Positions 25,779 through 38,974 are shown, counted from the first letter of the stretch. The stretch: DNA of 64,000 bases from Coniocarpon cinnabarinum (GCA_051942205.1 JAVECO010000001.1:124001-188000); one strand, 5' to 3'. Notes: generated from the letters alone by a model not told the origin. Translations and numbers: made by a program.

Positions 25779-26873
25779 ATGGATGGTCAAGATCCAGGCC
25801 AGGCTCCTCCTGAGCCTCAAGAACCAGCGCCAACTCCCTCGACTACAATGGCCGCACCGCCAGACGCCGCAGTAGTACCCACACCCGCTCCACCCGCAGA
25901 ACCACAGGCGCAAGAAGACACACCTATGACAGGCGCACCCAACCTTGATGGGCCCTCCGACGCGCCACCATCCTCAGACCCGGCAAATTCAAATACAAAT
26001 GTATTCTACCCGCACCTTCCCCTCTGTGATCCCTACCCCTCTGCGTACATGCACCTGCAAAATCCCCCACCGCCAACTTCCTACAGTGGTGGTATTCAAA
26101 ATCGAAACACTTCGCATTTTCACCCCGTGCAGTATCCCGTGCAGTCTCAAAATACCACGCAGTCCCACCCCATGCAGTTTCACAACCCCACCCAGTTCCA
26201 ACAGCTTACCAGACCGTATTACCTACAGAATGCGAATTCGGCTATACCGAATGGTCTGCCTGTGCAGGCGAATCTTTCGGGCTCCATGACGGGGCAAACT
26301 CTCAATGCTATGGCTCCTACGACGACTCCTGCGACGGCGATGGGGGTGAATGGGTATGGCACTCCGCAGACGAATGGGTTTCCGGCTCATAGCCCTTACG
26401 GCGCTTCGTCTACGACAGCAACACGGCCTGTACAAGCACATACACAGCCGGGACAACAATCATTCCAAGTCCCACCTTCTCAGCCCTTGCAGCAATCCCA
26501 GACAACAACACCGTCAGTCCAAACACCCAGTCTAGGAACCTTCGCCGCACCTGCTACACCCTCTCATATCCCTCCCAACTCAACCACCACTGCGACCACA
26601 AACGCAGTCATCCCAAGAGGAGGGACACCCCAATCCCAAGCCGTAAGCGCCAACGTCACACAAGCAGCTCCAATCATCCCGAGTGTGAACGGCGCCCATG
26701 GCAGTCCTACGAGAAGATACATCAATCAAAAGGTCACCCCGGCGTTGCTGGAGGGAATGAAGATTCTAGCAGTCAGAGAGCCGGAAAGGCCGCTGGAATG
26801 GTTGGGCGAGTTTTTGTTGCGACGAAGCCGGGAGTTGGAAGGGGAAGGGGTGATTGATGGAGCTGGGGAATGA
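25779..26873 (+). CDS. SDC1: Dpy-30 domain COMPASS subunit (Sdc1-like) with a long P/Q/T-rich N-terminus
   Basis: C-terminal HGSPTRRYINQKVTPALLEGMKILAVREPERPLEWLGEFLL. Confidence 0.8.
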   Translation: MDGQDPGQAPPEPQEPAPTPSTTMAAPPDAAVVPTPAPPAEPQAQEDTPMTGAPNLDGPSDAPPSSDPANSNTNVFYPHLPLCDPYPSAYMHLQNPPPPTSYSGGIQNRNTSHFHPVQYPVQSQNTTQSHPMQFHNPTQFQQLTRPYYLQNANSAIPNGLPVQANLSGSMTGQTLNAMAPTTTPATAMGVNGYGTPQTNGFPAHSPYGASSTTATRPVQAHTQPGQQSFQVPPSQPLQQSQTTTPSVQTPSLGTFAAPATPSHIPPNSTTTATTNAVIPRGGTPQSQAVSANVTQAAPIIPSVNGAHGSPTRRYINQKVTPALLEGMKILAVREPERPLEWLGEFLLRRSRELEGEGVIDGAGE

Positions 26874-28570
26874 GGCCGGTAAGAGTGAAGAGGGAGTGAA
26901 AACAACACTTCATGAATGCATGCAATACATGAAAGGTATGAGAAAGCTGAGTAAGAAGAGAAGACGATCGGAAGCTCATGACAAGGGACAAGAAGCTTGT
27001 GCCAGCTCGAACGCATAAGAATGATGCGGACGGCACTGCGCGTTGAAGAGGACGCGAGAACCAAACTTCGAATGAGAAAATGGCCTACCCGAGAACATGC
27101 ACAAGTGGATGACGCCCTACTCATGGGACATGAGAAACGGGGACACTCCTGAAGCACACAAAAGTCCCAGCGACATTGGTTATGGGTGATTGTCCAGAAA
27201 AGTGGAGAAATAGATTATTACGTTCCTAAAAGCTGAACAATGAAGACGAAGCGGAGGGAGAACTCATCTGGCTTCCTTACCGATGCAAATCCCTGGTCAC
27301 CCTCTGCGTCTAAAAGAAAGCTGAGCAGATTTCGCCGTAACTCTATTGATGCTCTGCTTAACGCGTGCACCGAACTCGGCTGAATACAATGTCGAAGCCC
27401 ATTCACAGTTTCATTTAGAACCTTTCATTCTCCTCATCAGTTCCATTTGCTGCACGTCGTGAATGCTCACTTTGAATCCGTCCATCCCCATTGCTAAGTA
27501 TTGCCATGGACTGATGCGTCTTTCATACAGAGCACTCGAGCTGCTCGACATCTCTGGGCACAGCACAACGCAGCTAGATACGAGTGCTGTGAGGAGCTTC
27601 CAACAGATAGAGCTAGACTTGCATGTTTGAAACGTCTAAGAATGCGGAGTGGGCAGATATGAGAGAACGGAGCTCGGCACATGTGAAAGCGTAGACTGTG
27701 GTCCGCGTGAATAAGCTTGATGATTTCGGCACGGAGATGAAATGGGAATCGCGGTAATCACTTGCACTGTAGACAAGTTAGGGAGTCCGCGAATTCAAAA
27801 GTACAATGAAGATTGCATTTTGAACCAGCTCGTGGGGCGAACACAACATTGCGGCGGGAATGGCATTGAAAAAATGGGAGAGGGCAGCTCTTGTATGAGT
27901 GAGGTTAGAAGGATTAAAGTTGACTAGCTTGGAATTGAAGGTGTAGCTGGGCTGGCTCGTAGCGCTGCTTTTAGAGAGCCACGCGCCCTTCACAATATCG
28001 GTGCTTTGGTTTACTATAAATATTACAAAGTATCTACTCGATGTAGATATGGGGTCACCATCGGCTCAAGGAACCGGACGCTGCATTACAGCAAGTGACC
28101 TCGCTACACTCTGCTCATTCGATTGTGCCCGATCCTCTGCGCTGTTTAGACGTTGAGAGTCTGGGACTGATTTCTGGCTCGAGCAGAGCGGGAATTTATC
28201 GCATGAGAAGTATGGTCTAGCTTTGCTGTGAGTCTCTGCTGTTCTGCGTTTTGACTGTTCCTTTACGGGAGGCGATTATAGCGAGACTTCTTTTGGACAT
28301 TGCCGTGCTAAGTCACAAAATGCTAGGTACCACCGCGGCGCGATTCTGAGTAAGCTTCGGATTGACTAGCTTGCACGAGAGGCTGGCGATTCGAAATTTG
28401 TAGTGCTGTTTCCGCTGTTACTTATGGATTGGTGTTTGTGTACTGGCCGGCGGACCGGTATGTTCGTGCTCGTCTGATCGCAGTGCAAGAGGTTTTTGCT
28501 GAGATGACCCACGCGTGAACAACAAGGACCAATTCGAGATTCTGCTTTGTCGGTCTGTCCGCGTAAAGAA

Positions 28571-31524
28571 TCAAAGTACGCAATGAACCTTTTTCGTGAG
28601 AAACATTCCAGAGACGAGCTCAGCCAAGCCATCTCGTGTTGCTCCCACGGAGGCCGTGTAATCCTTGATCAGCTCCAGTCGCGCCACCTGATGCGTCCAG
28701 ATTGCAAGGCTGCTGCCGCCGCGAGCAATCCACACGAATCTGTCCATGCTGGCGGCGAGATACAGCGGGACACATGCAATGTCAGCATCTCTAAGCACAT
28801 GCTCATACTTGTGCCATTCCTTGTCGGCCACCCAAAAAGTGTCGGATGCAAATCCGTCCGGCCGCACGAACTGGTCGCTTTCGTTGACCCCAACGCAAAG
28901 GCTGCATGCGTATGGGATCGGGTGGTGTCCCTCTTCACAATGAAGCTCCAACAGATTGTCATTGTAGGATGGGCCTTCTTCGACGGGAAAGAGACTGTAA
29001 ACATGGACATCGTTGATGTGGCAGAGAATGTCTATGACGAAATGCGATAGCCTATGTCGCCACAACGGGCCATCTGATCCCAATTTAAGAGCATGGTCGC
29101 AGAACTCTCGCAGGACGGAATTATGCTCTTGACTCACAGGCCCTTCGATCCTTCGATGCAAACAAGACTTTGTGAACTTTGTCACTTCCGCTTCGAACAC
29201 ATCTTGCTGGTCTGTAAGGAGGTCGGCGAGGAAGATGCGAGGAATGAAGTGGAACGCACCATGGGTTGATCTCGATACCTGCATTTTCATAATCGCCAGA
29301 CGTTGAAAAGGCTCTGACAAGTAAAGAGTGTTCCCCCATGCGCTTGGGAGCCGTAGGTGCCATGACGGATGTGTCTGAGGCGCCCATTCCTCATGTGTTG
29401 AAACTATGCAGTAGAGCGGCTTGATCACCTTCTCGCTGTAACCGTCGTCGATTAACGAAATCACAAGCTGCAATGAAAGTTGTCCATGGGTATTGTCTTC
29501 TTCCACAGAAGCCTTACATTGGAGTTCAGTACCGAGTATGTGCAGAGAAAACACATCGATGTGTTCTTTTTGCTCTGCCACGAAGCCGAGGTCTTCATAG
29601 TCAGGCGTGACACTGATCACCTGTCCGTTCCACAGCTGACAAATCTTCATATCTTGGAATAGATTCTTGAGGGTGTCGAAGCAGTCGAGAAGGATGCGGC
29701 GGAATGTTTTGAAGAAGATCATGTACACCGGCTGAGGAACGATTTCTTGTAACCCACGGAGAGCTTGAGCAGAGTCTGATGACCATGCAAGTCTAACCTG
29801 GGCGGCTTTGCGGCATGGCAGACTTGCGAGTAGACCACGAAGCTTCAAAGCAAACATGGAAATGCTTTCGACTTTCTGTAAGCAGCTTGATGAGAATGTC
29901 TGCCCTTGAAAGCGTGTCGGTAAGTCCCAATAAAAATGTTGGAGATCTTCAGAAATCAAGCTGATGATACCGCTCGGCTGTAGATTTGTAGTAGTCCAAG
30001 CTTCATTCTCTTCTTTCAGTTGCATATCGTCACCTGATATGCCATCATGGCTATACACGAGTGGCGTCCTATGGATGTCGTTGAATTCAGATACAACTGC
30101 CGATGTGCTTGTCTTTGCTTCGGAAGTACGCTGGCTCCTGGGCAAGTTCGTCGGTCGCCGTCCCTGTCTCAGAACAGGGAACCTGTCGCTTCTCGACAGG
30201 AATGGGAGTTGCTGTTCTGGAACAGGTGCCTTTTCCACGTTCGGCAAGAATGGGAGTTCTTGTGCTAGATCAGGTAAATCGTGAACCTGGTTGCGATGAA
30301 CCCTGACAGGTTTAATTATCCGCATGGCTCCAGGTGAATCGTTGACCTGATTGCGCTGGGTTCTGATAGGTTCTAACATCGGCATGGTTTCCGAACGCTT
30401 TATTTTACGTTCATTCGCAGTGCTCAGAGCGGATCGCAATCCATCACGGCCGAGTTGAGCGATTATCTCCGTCATCTTATTCTTGTCCGAACGTTCAGGG
30501 CCTTCATAGCGCTCAAGCCGAGATGAGGAAGGCTTCCTGCATCTGGAATTTCCTCTGATGGCTGTTGGCGTGCTATGTCAACCTTGGTGCTCACCTGCGC
30601 AGCCTGGGTCTCGCTATACTCGGCATCTTCAAAATCACTTTTCAGAGAGTCCAAGAACTAAAGCAAAGATACTTGTTAGCGCGGAGTTCAGATTGCAACA
30701 GGCGAAAATTCATAACTGTAGGGCACGCTCATCGCTCTGCTCCCGTATGCCTTTGACGATCTATGATGACTGCAGACGAGGAAAAGTCCGGTGAATGACT
30801 CACAGGCTTGATGTGATGCTGCTGCTTCTTCAAAAAGCTAAAGTCAAAACCCAGAGACAGGAGCTCTCTTCTCAAGACTCTCCAATCTTTAAGATCATCC
30901 CCATCCACATCAGTCCATTTAGAGCATACCGTGACGGCGTCATCATTAACGTCGTTCTCGTTCACAAGATTCTGACGTATTTGATCCAGGATAGTATCCA
31001 ACACCTCACGCTGTTCGTGCAGTGTCGTCGTGTTCTTCGCAGATAAGAAAGTATTGAGCAGTGATATGTGTGTGTGCAACTGTCGCTCAAACCTGACAGA
31101 AATTATCAGCTTTGCGGGGTCACAGCCTCATCGATAGATAGGAATTGTAAGAATATGCTCAGCGCTGGAAATTCGTTATGAGAACCCACCTTGCCAAATC
31201 ATCTCGCTTGCTACCAAAGCGAATGCGATCCCACGTTTTGCCTTTGGTCTTTCCAAGAGAGCAATACCTCATGACTATGTCATTCAAGCCTTCCGTGGTC
31301 CGCTCGCAAGCTCGCAAAAGATCTGACAGACGCAAGGACCCATCTATGCGTCCAAGCTTTCTTTGCTTCGCAAGTGCCTGTAGCTCGTCGAGAACATCGT
31401 GAGCACTGCCCAAAAGGCTCGTGGTACTGGCATGGTCTCCACACGCGTTTTTCCAGTTCTTGTATGTGCGGTGCATAAGATTGGCCAGGGTCAAGACATC
31501 TGAAGGGGATGCTCCGAAAGACAT
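28571..31524 (-). CDS. Protein with a fungal STAND-type N-terminal (SesA/HeLo-like) domain; 3' part (28571-30475) is a 634-aa ORF of unknown function, junction uncertain
   Basis: MSFGASPSDVLTLANLMHRTYKNWKNA...KTWDRIRFG, then WRVLRRELLSLGF; introns 1 and 2 splice in frame; exon 3 ends at a TGA overlapping the ATG of the long ORF. Confidence 0.6.
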
Positions 31525-32089
31525 TGCTTGAGAGGCGAACAGCACATACCGGCGTATGCTCTCAGTGTCATCGGCGGTTTGGTACAGACACAAAGAAAGA
31601 TGCGTGCGTTTTGACTAGACATGTATCTCCATTGATGTGGTCTTTCATAGCAGAGGGGCAGTGCATCCGGGATGCCAATAGCAAACGATGTGGCTCGCGG
31701 CACAACAACACGGGGCTTAGCTCCTGCATACCTAGCGGTTGCCTTGCATGCACCAAGCGCTCCAGCGCCTCCGAGCGCAGTGTTGAGGCTCTCGTTATGG
31801 ACGCAGCTGATACTCATACGCTAGCATGCGAGTAGTCCTCCTGATGAAAGGTTTCTGAGGCCGATGCGCACTCTAGCCGAGGTGGGAAGCTGGCTGTATA
31901 CGTGAGCTTGATGCCGCAGCTTCCTCATTCTGACGCCGGTCCATGACAGCTACAACTGGTTGAGTGCGACATGTAGCATAATAAAATCTACCACGGCAAC
32001 AGTCATTCGGAACTGTATGCCTGACATGAGAAGAGAGCATTTGATTGGGGTTGAAGACCATAGACGTCGTACGCAGAGAAGACCTGCGG

Positions 32090-32792
32090 CGGCATATTAC
32101 TTTCGTGTACATCCGAAAATTGGTAATTACTAATATATACATCGATATTATTGGAATAACTGCAATATACAGATATGTATATGCTAATTATAGTAGTAAA
32201 AGCCTTAAAATATTAATATAACTATTGTATACATCTACTTACGTATAATTATACGCTACTATTATATCCTTAGTTTTAAGGTATTAGTATACGCTTAGCG
32301 CGTTTTTAATATATGTTAGTTATACGCGCTTATATAATATAATAAGGGCTATATATAAAATTTATAATAGCTTTTTTTTATATAAACACACTAAGATATA
32401 GTATTATATTATTTACTACTAGTCTCTATTATATAGTATAGGTTACGTATATATTATATTAACGTTACGTATATATTACGTAGACGTTACGTGTATCTTA
32501 TATATATAGCCACATATTATATCTTAAACCTTAGGTAAAAATGCTTATACGTAAGTAGATGTACATAATAGTTATATTAATACTTTAAGACTTTTACTAC
32601 TATAACTAGCATATACATATCTATATATTATAATTATTTTAATAATATCGATGTACATGACCGTAATTTCCAACATTTTTATGTACACGAAAGTAATATC
32701 CGCACCTTCCTCATTCAGACGTTACCTCTTTCGTCAGGTGCTGCCGTAGACGAAAGAGGTAACGTCTGAATGAGGAAGGTACGGATATGCCG
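32090..32792. mobile_element. 101-bp hairpin MITE (44-bp TIRs, 10-bp TSD, Mutator-like) interrupted by a nested element
   Basis: AGACCTGCGG at 32080-32089 and 32793-32802; ends CGGCATAT/ATATGCCG; arms 32090-32093+32696-32735 and 32749-32792 are complementary with 1 mismatch; 13-nt loop. Confidence 0.88.
32098..32695. mobile_element. 598-bp non-autonomous DNA transposon with about 151-bp TIRs, RIP-mutated
   Basis: TIRs 32098-32248 and 32545-32695 start TACTTTCGTGTACAT; flanked by ATAT (or TA) duplication; very AT- and TpA-rich; internal 22-bp repeat x3 near 32442-32505. Confidence 0.9.
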
Positions 32793-34889
32793 AGACCTGC
32801 GGAAGATCACGTGACATTAAGTCACTCGCTATCTCTTCGGCTAAATCACCATCATACACCGTGTCAATGCCGCGTGCAAGCAATTCGGCAAGACTACGTT
32901 TTAAGGGTGCATGCGAATGACACGGTCGAGCAATTGTTGATTTTCGTTGGCGGAGCTAAAGCGTGCGAATGCTTGAAATTTGCTATCGGAAATGTCTGCG
33001 GTTGGCCTGATGCGGAGAAGGCCTGCTAACGCATACGCTCGGTCGCTGGCTTGATGGCGGTGCTTCTTGCCTCTTTTCACGTTCCTGGTACACAGACAGC
33101 GGTACGCTTCTCTGAGAAGTTCAGAGGCGTGAGATTGAGGGTGCCTTTGGCATGACCTCGCCATCAACCTTTCATGATGGGGGACCACATGCGTAACCTG
33201 GGTTTAGCTCTCGGCAGATACGAAACAGTGAGTGCTTGTGAGCCCATGTGATACTGTCCGCGGAATTCTCATGGCCGTGCCAGACGCTGCTTCTGCAAGA
33301 AGCACAGTCAGATTCGACAAGTACTAGCTTCGATTTTGTTGGACTCGTAGATATAGCAAAACATGTCGTGCATATGCGCCAAGGCTTCGACGCATTCCTC
33401 GAGACTACATGCGCCATATAGAAGAGTCACCTACCGCGCTTGTCGCATATGCATGTTGACATACTGTCACTGCCCAGGTGGTGCAGCTCACGCTGCTTTG
33501 GAACATAGGCACACAGTGCTGACATCCGCTAACCTTCAAGTCATCAGCAAAGAGAAGCGAGTCCGAAATCTCCTGGGCCTTGTGATTCTAGGCTTTCGCT
33601 TTGATAGTCGGTGAGTATATATCTTATGCGCGCTAGGTATTTAACCTCGTTACGCAGCGCAATAACCTGACTGCAATGGACGAGAGCAAAATGATGCGAT
33701 TCATATCAGTCCTCACACTGGTACTACTTCCGTTTGTTGCTATCGCAGTATTATCGCCTTCAAATTCAGAGGTTCAGTCTTCCGGCTGATGAAAAGACAG
33801 ACAGACTTCCTTCAGTACGCCATTCTTCACAAACGATCCTGGATTGCATGTGTATGTGACGACAGATTTTTGCGCATATGATGCGATCTCGCCAGCGCAA
33901 CTTTAAGGGCAACTTTAAGACGTTGTGGCCTTTTGCAAAGATGCTAGACCTATCACAATCACACCCAGCATTTTCCGAGTACATTGAAATGGGATAGAGC
34001 CTATGCAAGTATCTGCAGTCACTCTTGATAAAGGAACTCCGTAGTGCAGTTCCACTCAAGGTGCGTGGCGTCTACGCTCCCTAAGACTACTTTGATGTCA
34101 AGCTGGGCTAGATGCAGGTACCGACACGTGACAAAATGCAATCTCGACCATCCCGTTATTCGAGATGAGATCCCCATTTCCACATTCCAACAGTACACTA
34201 CAACAAACCCAACCATTCTTCCTCGATTCTCCTCACTCTCAACAGAAATTGCACTATCATTATCACCAGAGCACTCCTATCAACAGCGCCCGCAAAGCTG
34301 ACAGTGCCCCTCTTGACCAAGTGTCCCTACGCAAACTTTACTTTGATGCGCCCCTTCGTATTTAGTGAGACGGGCCAGGTAATCGTTAGCTTGATGCGAC
34401 TGACCGTAACACGAGCGCACGCTGCTTCAAAACACAGTGAAATGAGTCGCTTCTATTTGCGTGCACCTCAATAGGTTCTTTGGATCTATCAGCGCTCGCC
34501 GTCATAGAGTATTCCTTAACGTTTATAAGGAGCCTTGGCAAGTGGCTACTTTCTTGTGAAGGTAGCCAAGTTAGACTTTTGAAAAATGTCGCTTGCAAGA
34601 AGGCTAGCTCCTAAAGTCACAAAATGGACGTCATAACGCTGCAATACGAGTTTGTCGTTGGAGTACCACGTGTTTCTACCAGCGCCATTGCCTCTGCTCT
34701 ACGTGGCAAGTTGTTTATCACTCCGCGGCTGTATATAGACCCTGCAAGAGTCAAAAGATTTCTGAGAAACTCCGCATTGTCTTCCTATCCTCACAAGTCA
34801 TACCTCCAACTTGTGCACCACGAATCCTCGACGCGTACCCTACCATTTCATTATCTTATTCCTAGCATTTCGACGCTTACTGTTACGAC

Positions 34890-35691
34890 ATGTCTCTGTT
34901 TGGAAAAGAAGAGTATCTGGTGAAGAAAAGATGCCAACTAGTACTGAGGGCTAGACACGCGACCGTATTCGAGTACATAAAGGCTGGACCGCGCGTCTCC
35001 GACATGGATGTCTCCAGGCAAACAGAACACAGAAAGTGGACTGTACATCACGCGGAATGGGACGAAGAGGATAAGAATGAGCCACATTTCCATGTGAAAG
35101 AAGCGGATCGTTCGTATGGTGAGCGCACGTGCATGCTAATCTGGCGTCGTGTTCCTTGATTTCTGACCATGACGCGTAAGTGATCTCCAAGGCGGATGAC
35201 ACCGAAGTGTGCAAGATCGTCGCCAAAGACAAGGAAACGTTTCAAGTTTCTGGACCGAGCGGTTCGCCCGTCATCGAGGTGAAGGTCAAGACGGTCGAGA
35301 CAGGTGGCGTGACCCACGTGGGCCTCCGTGGCGAAGACGGCGGCAAAACTTTCTCCGGCGAGTACAGCTCAAGCGACACACGCCACGCCTTTGTGTACGA
35401 TCTGAATCAAAATCAAGGCAAGATCCTCAGGCACGCCCGCAGCAATCTTGATTGGTTCATCCACGATCACGACCGAGAACTTGGTTTGTTGGAGGGCAGC
35501 GACGCGCTTCTGGTAAGTGCAGAGTATTTCCTAGGACCCCTGCCTCCTCGAATCGTTATCAGTAACGGTGACAATCATGCTGATGTACCCATCTGCCTCT
35601 CATTCCATGCTAACAAATGTCCTCCCTGCAGATGCTCGTTGAGACGGTCATCTTGATTGAGTACGAGCACAAACATATCTCAGACCCATAG
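34890..35691 (+). CDS. Hypothetical protein of about 200 aa, possibly Tubby C/LURP-one-like fold (2 introns)
   Basis: Three exons splice in frame (GTGAGC...TAAG; GTAAGT...GCTAAC...GCAG); beta-rich body ending in hydrophobic helix EGSDALLMLVETVILIEY. Confidence 0.65.
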
Positions 35692-36586
35692 ACATGGTCA
35701 TCAACAAGCTGACGTCTCATACAAAATTATCGACGGAATGGCAGAGGTCGTGTGGACAGTTCTTATTCTTCCTCGCGCTTCTCGGAGCAACGTCTTCGTA
35801 CATTTGATCGTGACAGCACTTCTCTAAAACAGTGAGTGCCGACTTATATGCGAAGACGTATACTCCCAGATCAACACCGTGTACAACTTCCAGCGTGAGT
35901 GAAATTCCAGCATGGACTCCCTCTTCCTAAGGCTTTCTCGAGTAGACGTCGAAGTCGCACGCCGGCGTGGTGGCAGTGCTACTCCCCATATGTGAATATC
36001 GGCCATGGCACCCGCTGCTATTAGCCGAGATCAAGGGTACGCCTAAGCTACTTATTTGTACATATATGACCATCAGATCTTGGACCGATGAATCGAGTTG
36101 CCAAAAATCGAAAAGCTTCCGAAATCTTCTTGCTGTAAATTCTGGCCGCTGCATTGGCCGCGACCAAGCCCGCGCCTACGCCACTGGTATGTACGTATGT
36201 GGCAACCTACTCTTGTGCTAGTAGTATACATTGCCCCACATAATCAAACATGTTGGTTTTACTCCTACTTATTACGTCGATTTCATCTTGTAGCATTGTC
36301 CCAGTGAGAGGCGAGCTGATTCCGCTACAAAGCAGCCATGCTTCATCGCAGTATCTCCAGCTTCCGATCAAGCGTGGATTCTTGAAGTCTACATATCCTG
36401 CAATCTGATACAGGGCAGCATCCAGCGTTCACGCCAAAGCAAGTCTATAAATAGCCCTTGGCTGCCACTGCAGTCCGGAGCAGCGGCATTTCAAACCCCA
36501 GCAGCCCATGCAAGCAGAGCAGAGTCTATCAAAATGCAATCACGCCATCATATTTGCTCCGCCAAATGTATAGCTCGTTCCAAACT

Positions 36587-38375
36587 TCACGTCCTTTGGT
36601 TTTCTGCGCTCTTCGTTTCGTCTCGTTCTTTTCTTGATTCTGAATCGTCTGGTGTTTCTGCGCTCTCACTTGCTGCTTTCCCCACCTCCTGCTGCTGCTC
36701 CTCAATCTGCCCTTGATGTGCCTGCGCTTGCATCTCTGCCTGCGCCTCTCGTTGCTCTGCGTCCCCACTCTCATCGATGTTCTCGATGTCGTTCGGCGAT
36801 GGCTGGTCTGCTGACTCTTGGTTTTCTTCGTCGATCAGCTCTTGTTGCTCGCGGAGCACTTCAAGACGCTGCTTGTTGGTTGCTGCGCCCTCAGCCGTGT
36901 GGACTTCGAGTTCAATTTCTATTACAATGTTAGCAGATGCATCAAACGCATATGAGTACGGCACAATCCGGAATGAATGTGGACAGTAGCAAAGATAACG
37001 TACCATGGAAGAGTTCCTCGGGAACGGAAGCCAGCACTGCTTGCAAAGCATCGATCTGGGATGAGATCTCGGTCTCTTTACCTTGTGCGTAGACGAATGC
37101 GTTGGCAAGGACCAGGAGCGTACTCGGGACACCGTATTTGAGTCGAAGGTCGAGCCACGTATGCAGGTCGTCCCTTAGTCTTCCAGGGGAGAGCGTGTGT
37201 GTCATTAGCCCCCTCGCTGCGCATGCTGTTTGCAACTCAGGTACGGACAACGAGTCAACGCCTTCGTAGGAGATGGCGCGGTCGTCGCGCTTGATTTGGC
37301 GCATACGATGTCGGATCTGATATCGAAGTAACGCATCCGTGCCAAATGTGCCCATGTTCATGTAGCGGCTGATGCCCACGAGCTGAGGCCTGGAGAGGTT
37401 GTCGAGTGTAAGATCGTCCTTGAAGATCTTGCAAACCTTGATGACGTCTTGAGCAGATGGCGACTCGCCCGTTGTTCGCAGCTTTTTGAAAAAATCAATG
37501 AATTCTTCACGGCGGGCATTGGCGGCCGTTACCGGCAAGCCAGTCTCTTTCAGCGTTTGCCTCAGGAAGCTTGACACTTCCTTGCGTGTGCTGCGCAACT
37601 GTTTCGCTTTGGCATCTTTAGCTTTCTGACCTTCGTATGTTGATGGCAAAAGGTTGGGGAAGAGTCTAAGGGCGACGGGCAATAATAATTCGGCAAATGG
37701 AACAATGACAAAGACTGAGAAGGGTAGTAGGCGGCCGAGATCTTGAACGGTCCGATGGAATTGACGGTGTTCGCGACGGGTGAGCTCGTAACCGGCTGCC
37801 ATCTTCATTGCCAGCCGGAATGATATCCTCGTCTCAGCGGCGAGCAGCTTGGTACCGTCCCAGTAGTGCGCGGCTTCGTGCTTGACTTTTTGCCAGATTG
37901 TCAACTTCTTCTCCTCTTCTTTCTTCTTCTCGGCAGACTTCACGTCTTTCTTCTCCGCGGTCGCAGTGGTAGTCTCGAGCTGCGACACGCTGTGCGCCTC
38001 TTCGGCAGCAGTTTTTGCATGCGCAGTCGGCTCGTCCCGCGAGGCTGCTAGTGGGCTGTCCTTGGGTGGGTGGAAGGCGTCACGAGTCTGTTCCGCTTCC
38101 TCCGCAGCATTTTGTGATCTTCCGTCGGGCGCGGACTGGGTCTGTTTCAATGGTTTCTTCGCCTCTTCGGCGTTGAAGCCCGGCGGGGGAAATCCATTTG
38201 CGCCTCCATGGGACTGCGAAGTTTCTGTCGAATACAAGCGACTCCGAAATGTGCGTATTGACGCTGCAGGGATGCCGAGTGGGAAAGGTCTTCGAGTGGT
38301 TGATCGTAGTGAGGAGCGTAGGGCAGTGCGGACAAAGAATGGCGCGAGATTCACGGCGTTGCGGTTCGCAGCCAT
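36587..38375 (-). CDS. MDM38: Mitochondrial LETM1-family protein Mdm38 (1 intron)
   Basis: KVKHEAAHYWDGTKLL, GYELTRRE, PFAELLLPVALRLFPNLLPSTYE, FKDDLTLDNLSRPQL, WLDLRLKYGVPSTLL. Confidence 0.96.
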
Positions 38376-38974
38376 GGTGTTCGGGTAAAGATATAGATGA
38401 AGTCGCGGGACTATTTGACTCTGATGTTTGTTATCATAGTTGTCAACGATGAAGTTCGAAGAAGGGGCCCTGGCAAGCGATCTGAAAGGAAGCACGTCAG
38501 GGACGACGCATCTACTTCTTGGATGAATCAGGCGGCCGCGACGGATCTTGCCGCCTCGCGGCGTGGACGGAGTAGGGTGAAATGATTTTCCGCTCCGTGG
38601 ACCCTGACGTCCAGTTTGTGTGACGAGAGAAGAAAGCTCGGACCAGGAGGTCGAGAGAGAAAGCCCGAGCGCCGGCCCCAAGAAATGCGGGCACCCGATT
38701 GCTCGCGAGGGCCTCGCCAGTCTGAATGATGAACTGGCTTTTAGCTTCCGGCTTCTCCTCTTGAGGCTTCTTGGCCGATGTTTCGACTCTATTGACCTTT
38801 CCCTAGCATTGTATTCAAGTGTATATTGCTTCATTTCTTGAAACCGGAGGTTCACGACAAGCACGGATGTTCGTCAAGATGATTTGAATTCCGGTGAGAC
38901 TGGTCCCTCACCAGTTCGCACTCTTCTCTTCCGCTCTTCGTTCCCCGCCTCGTCTCTGACCGCCACGCTCTGGA

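Noticed and set aside
38376..38864. N-terminal 163 aa of ORF 36942-38864
   Set aside because: Non-ATG extension through the promoter; the presequence starts at ATG 38375.
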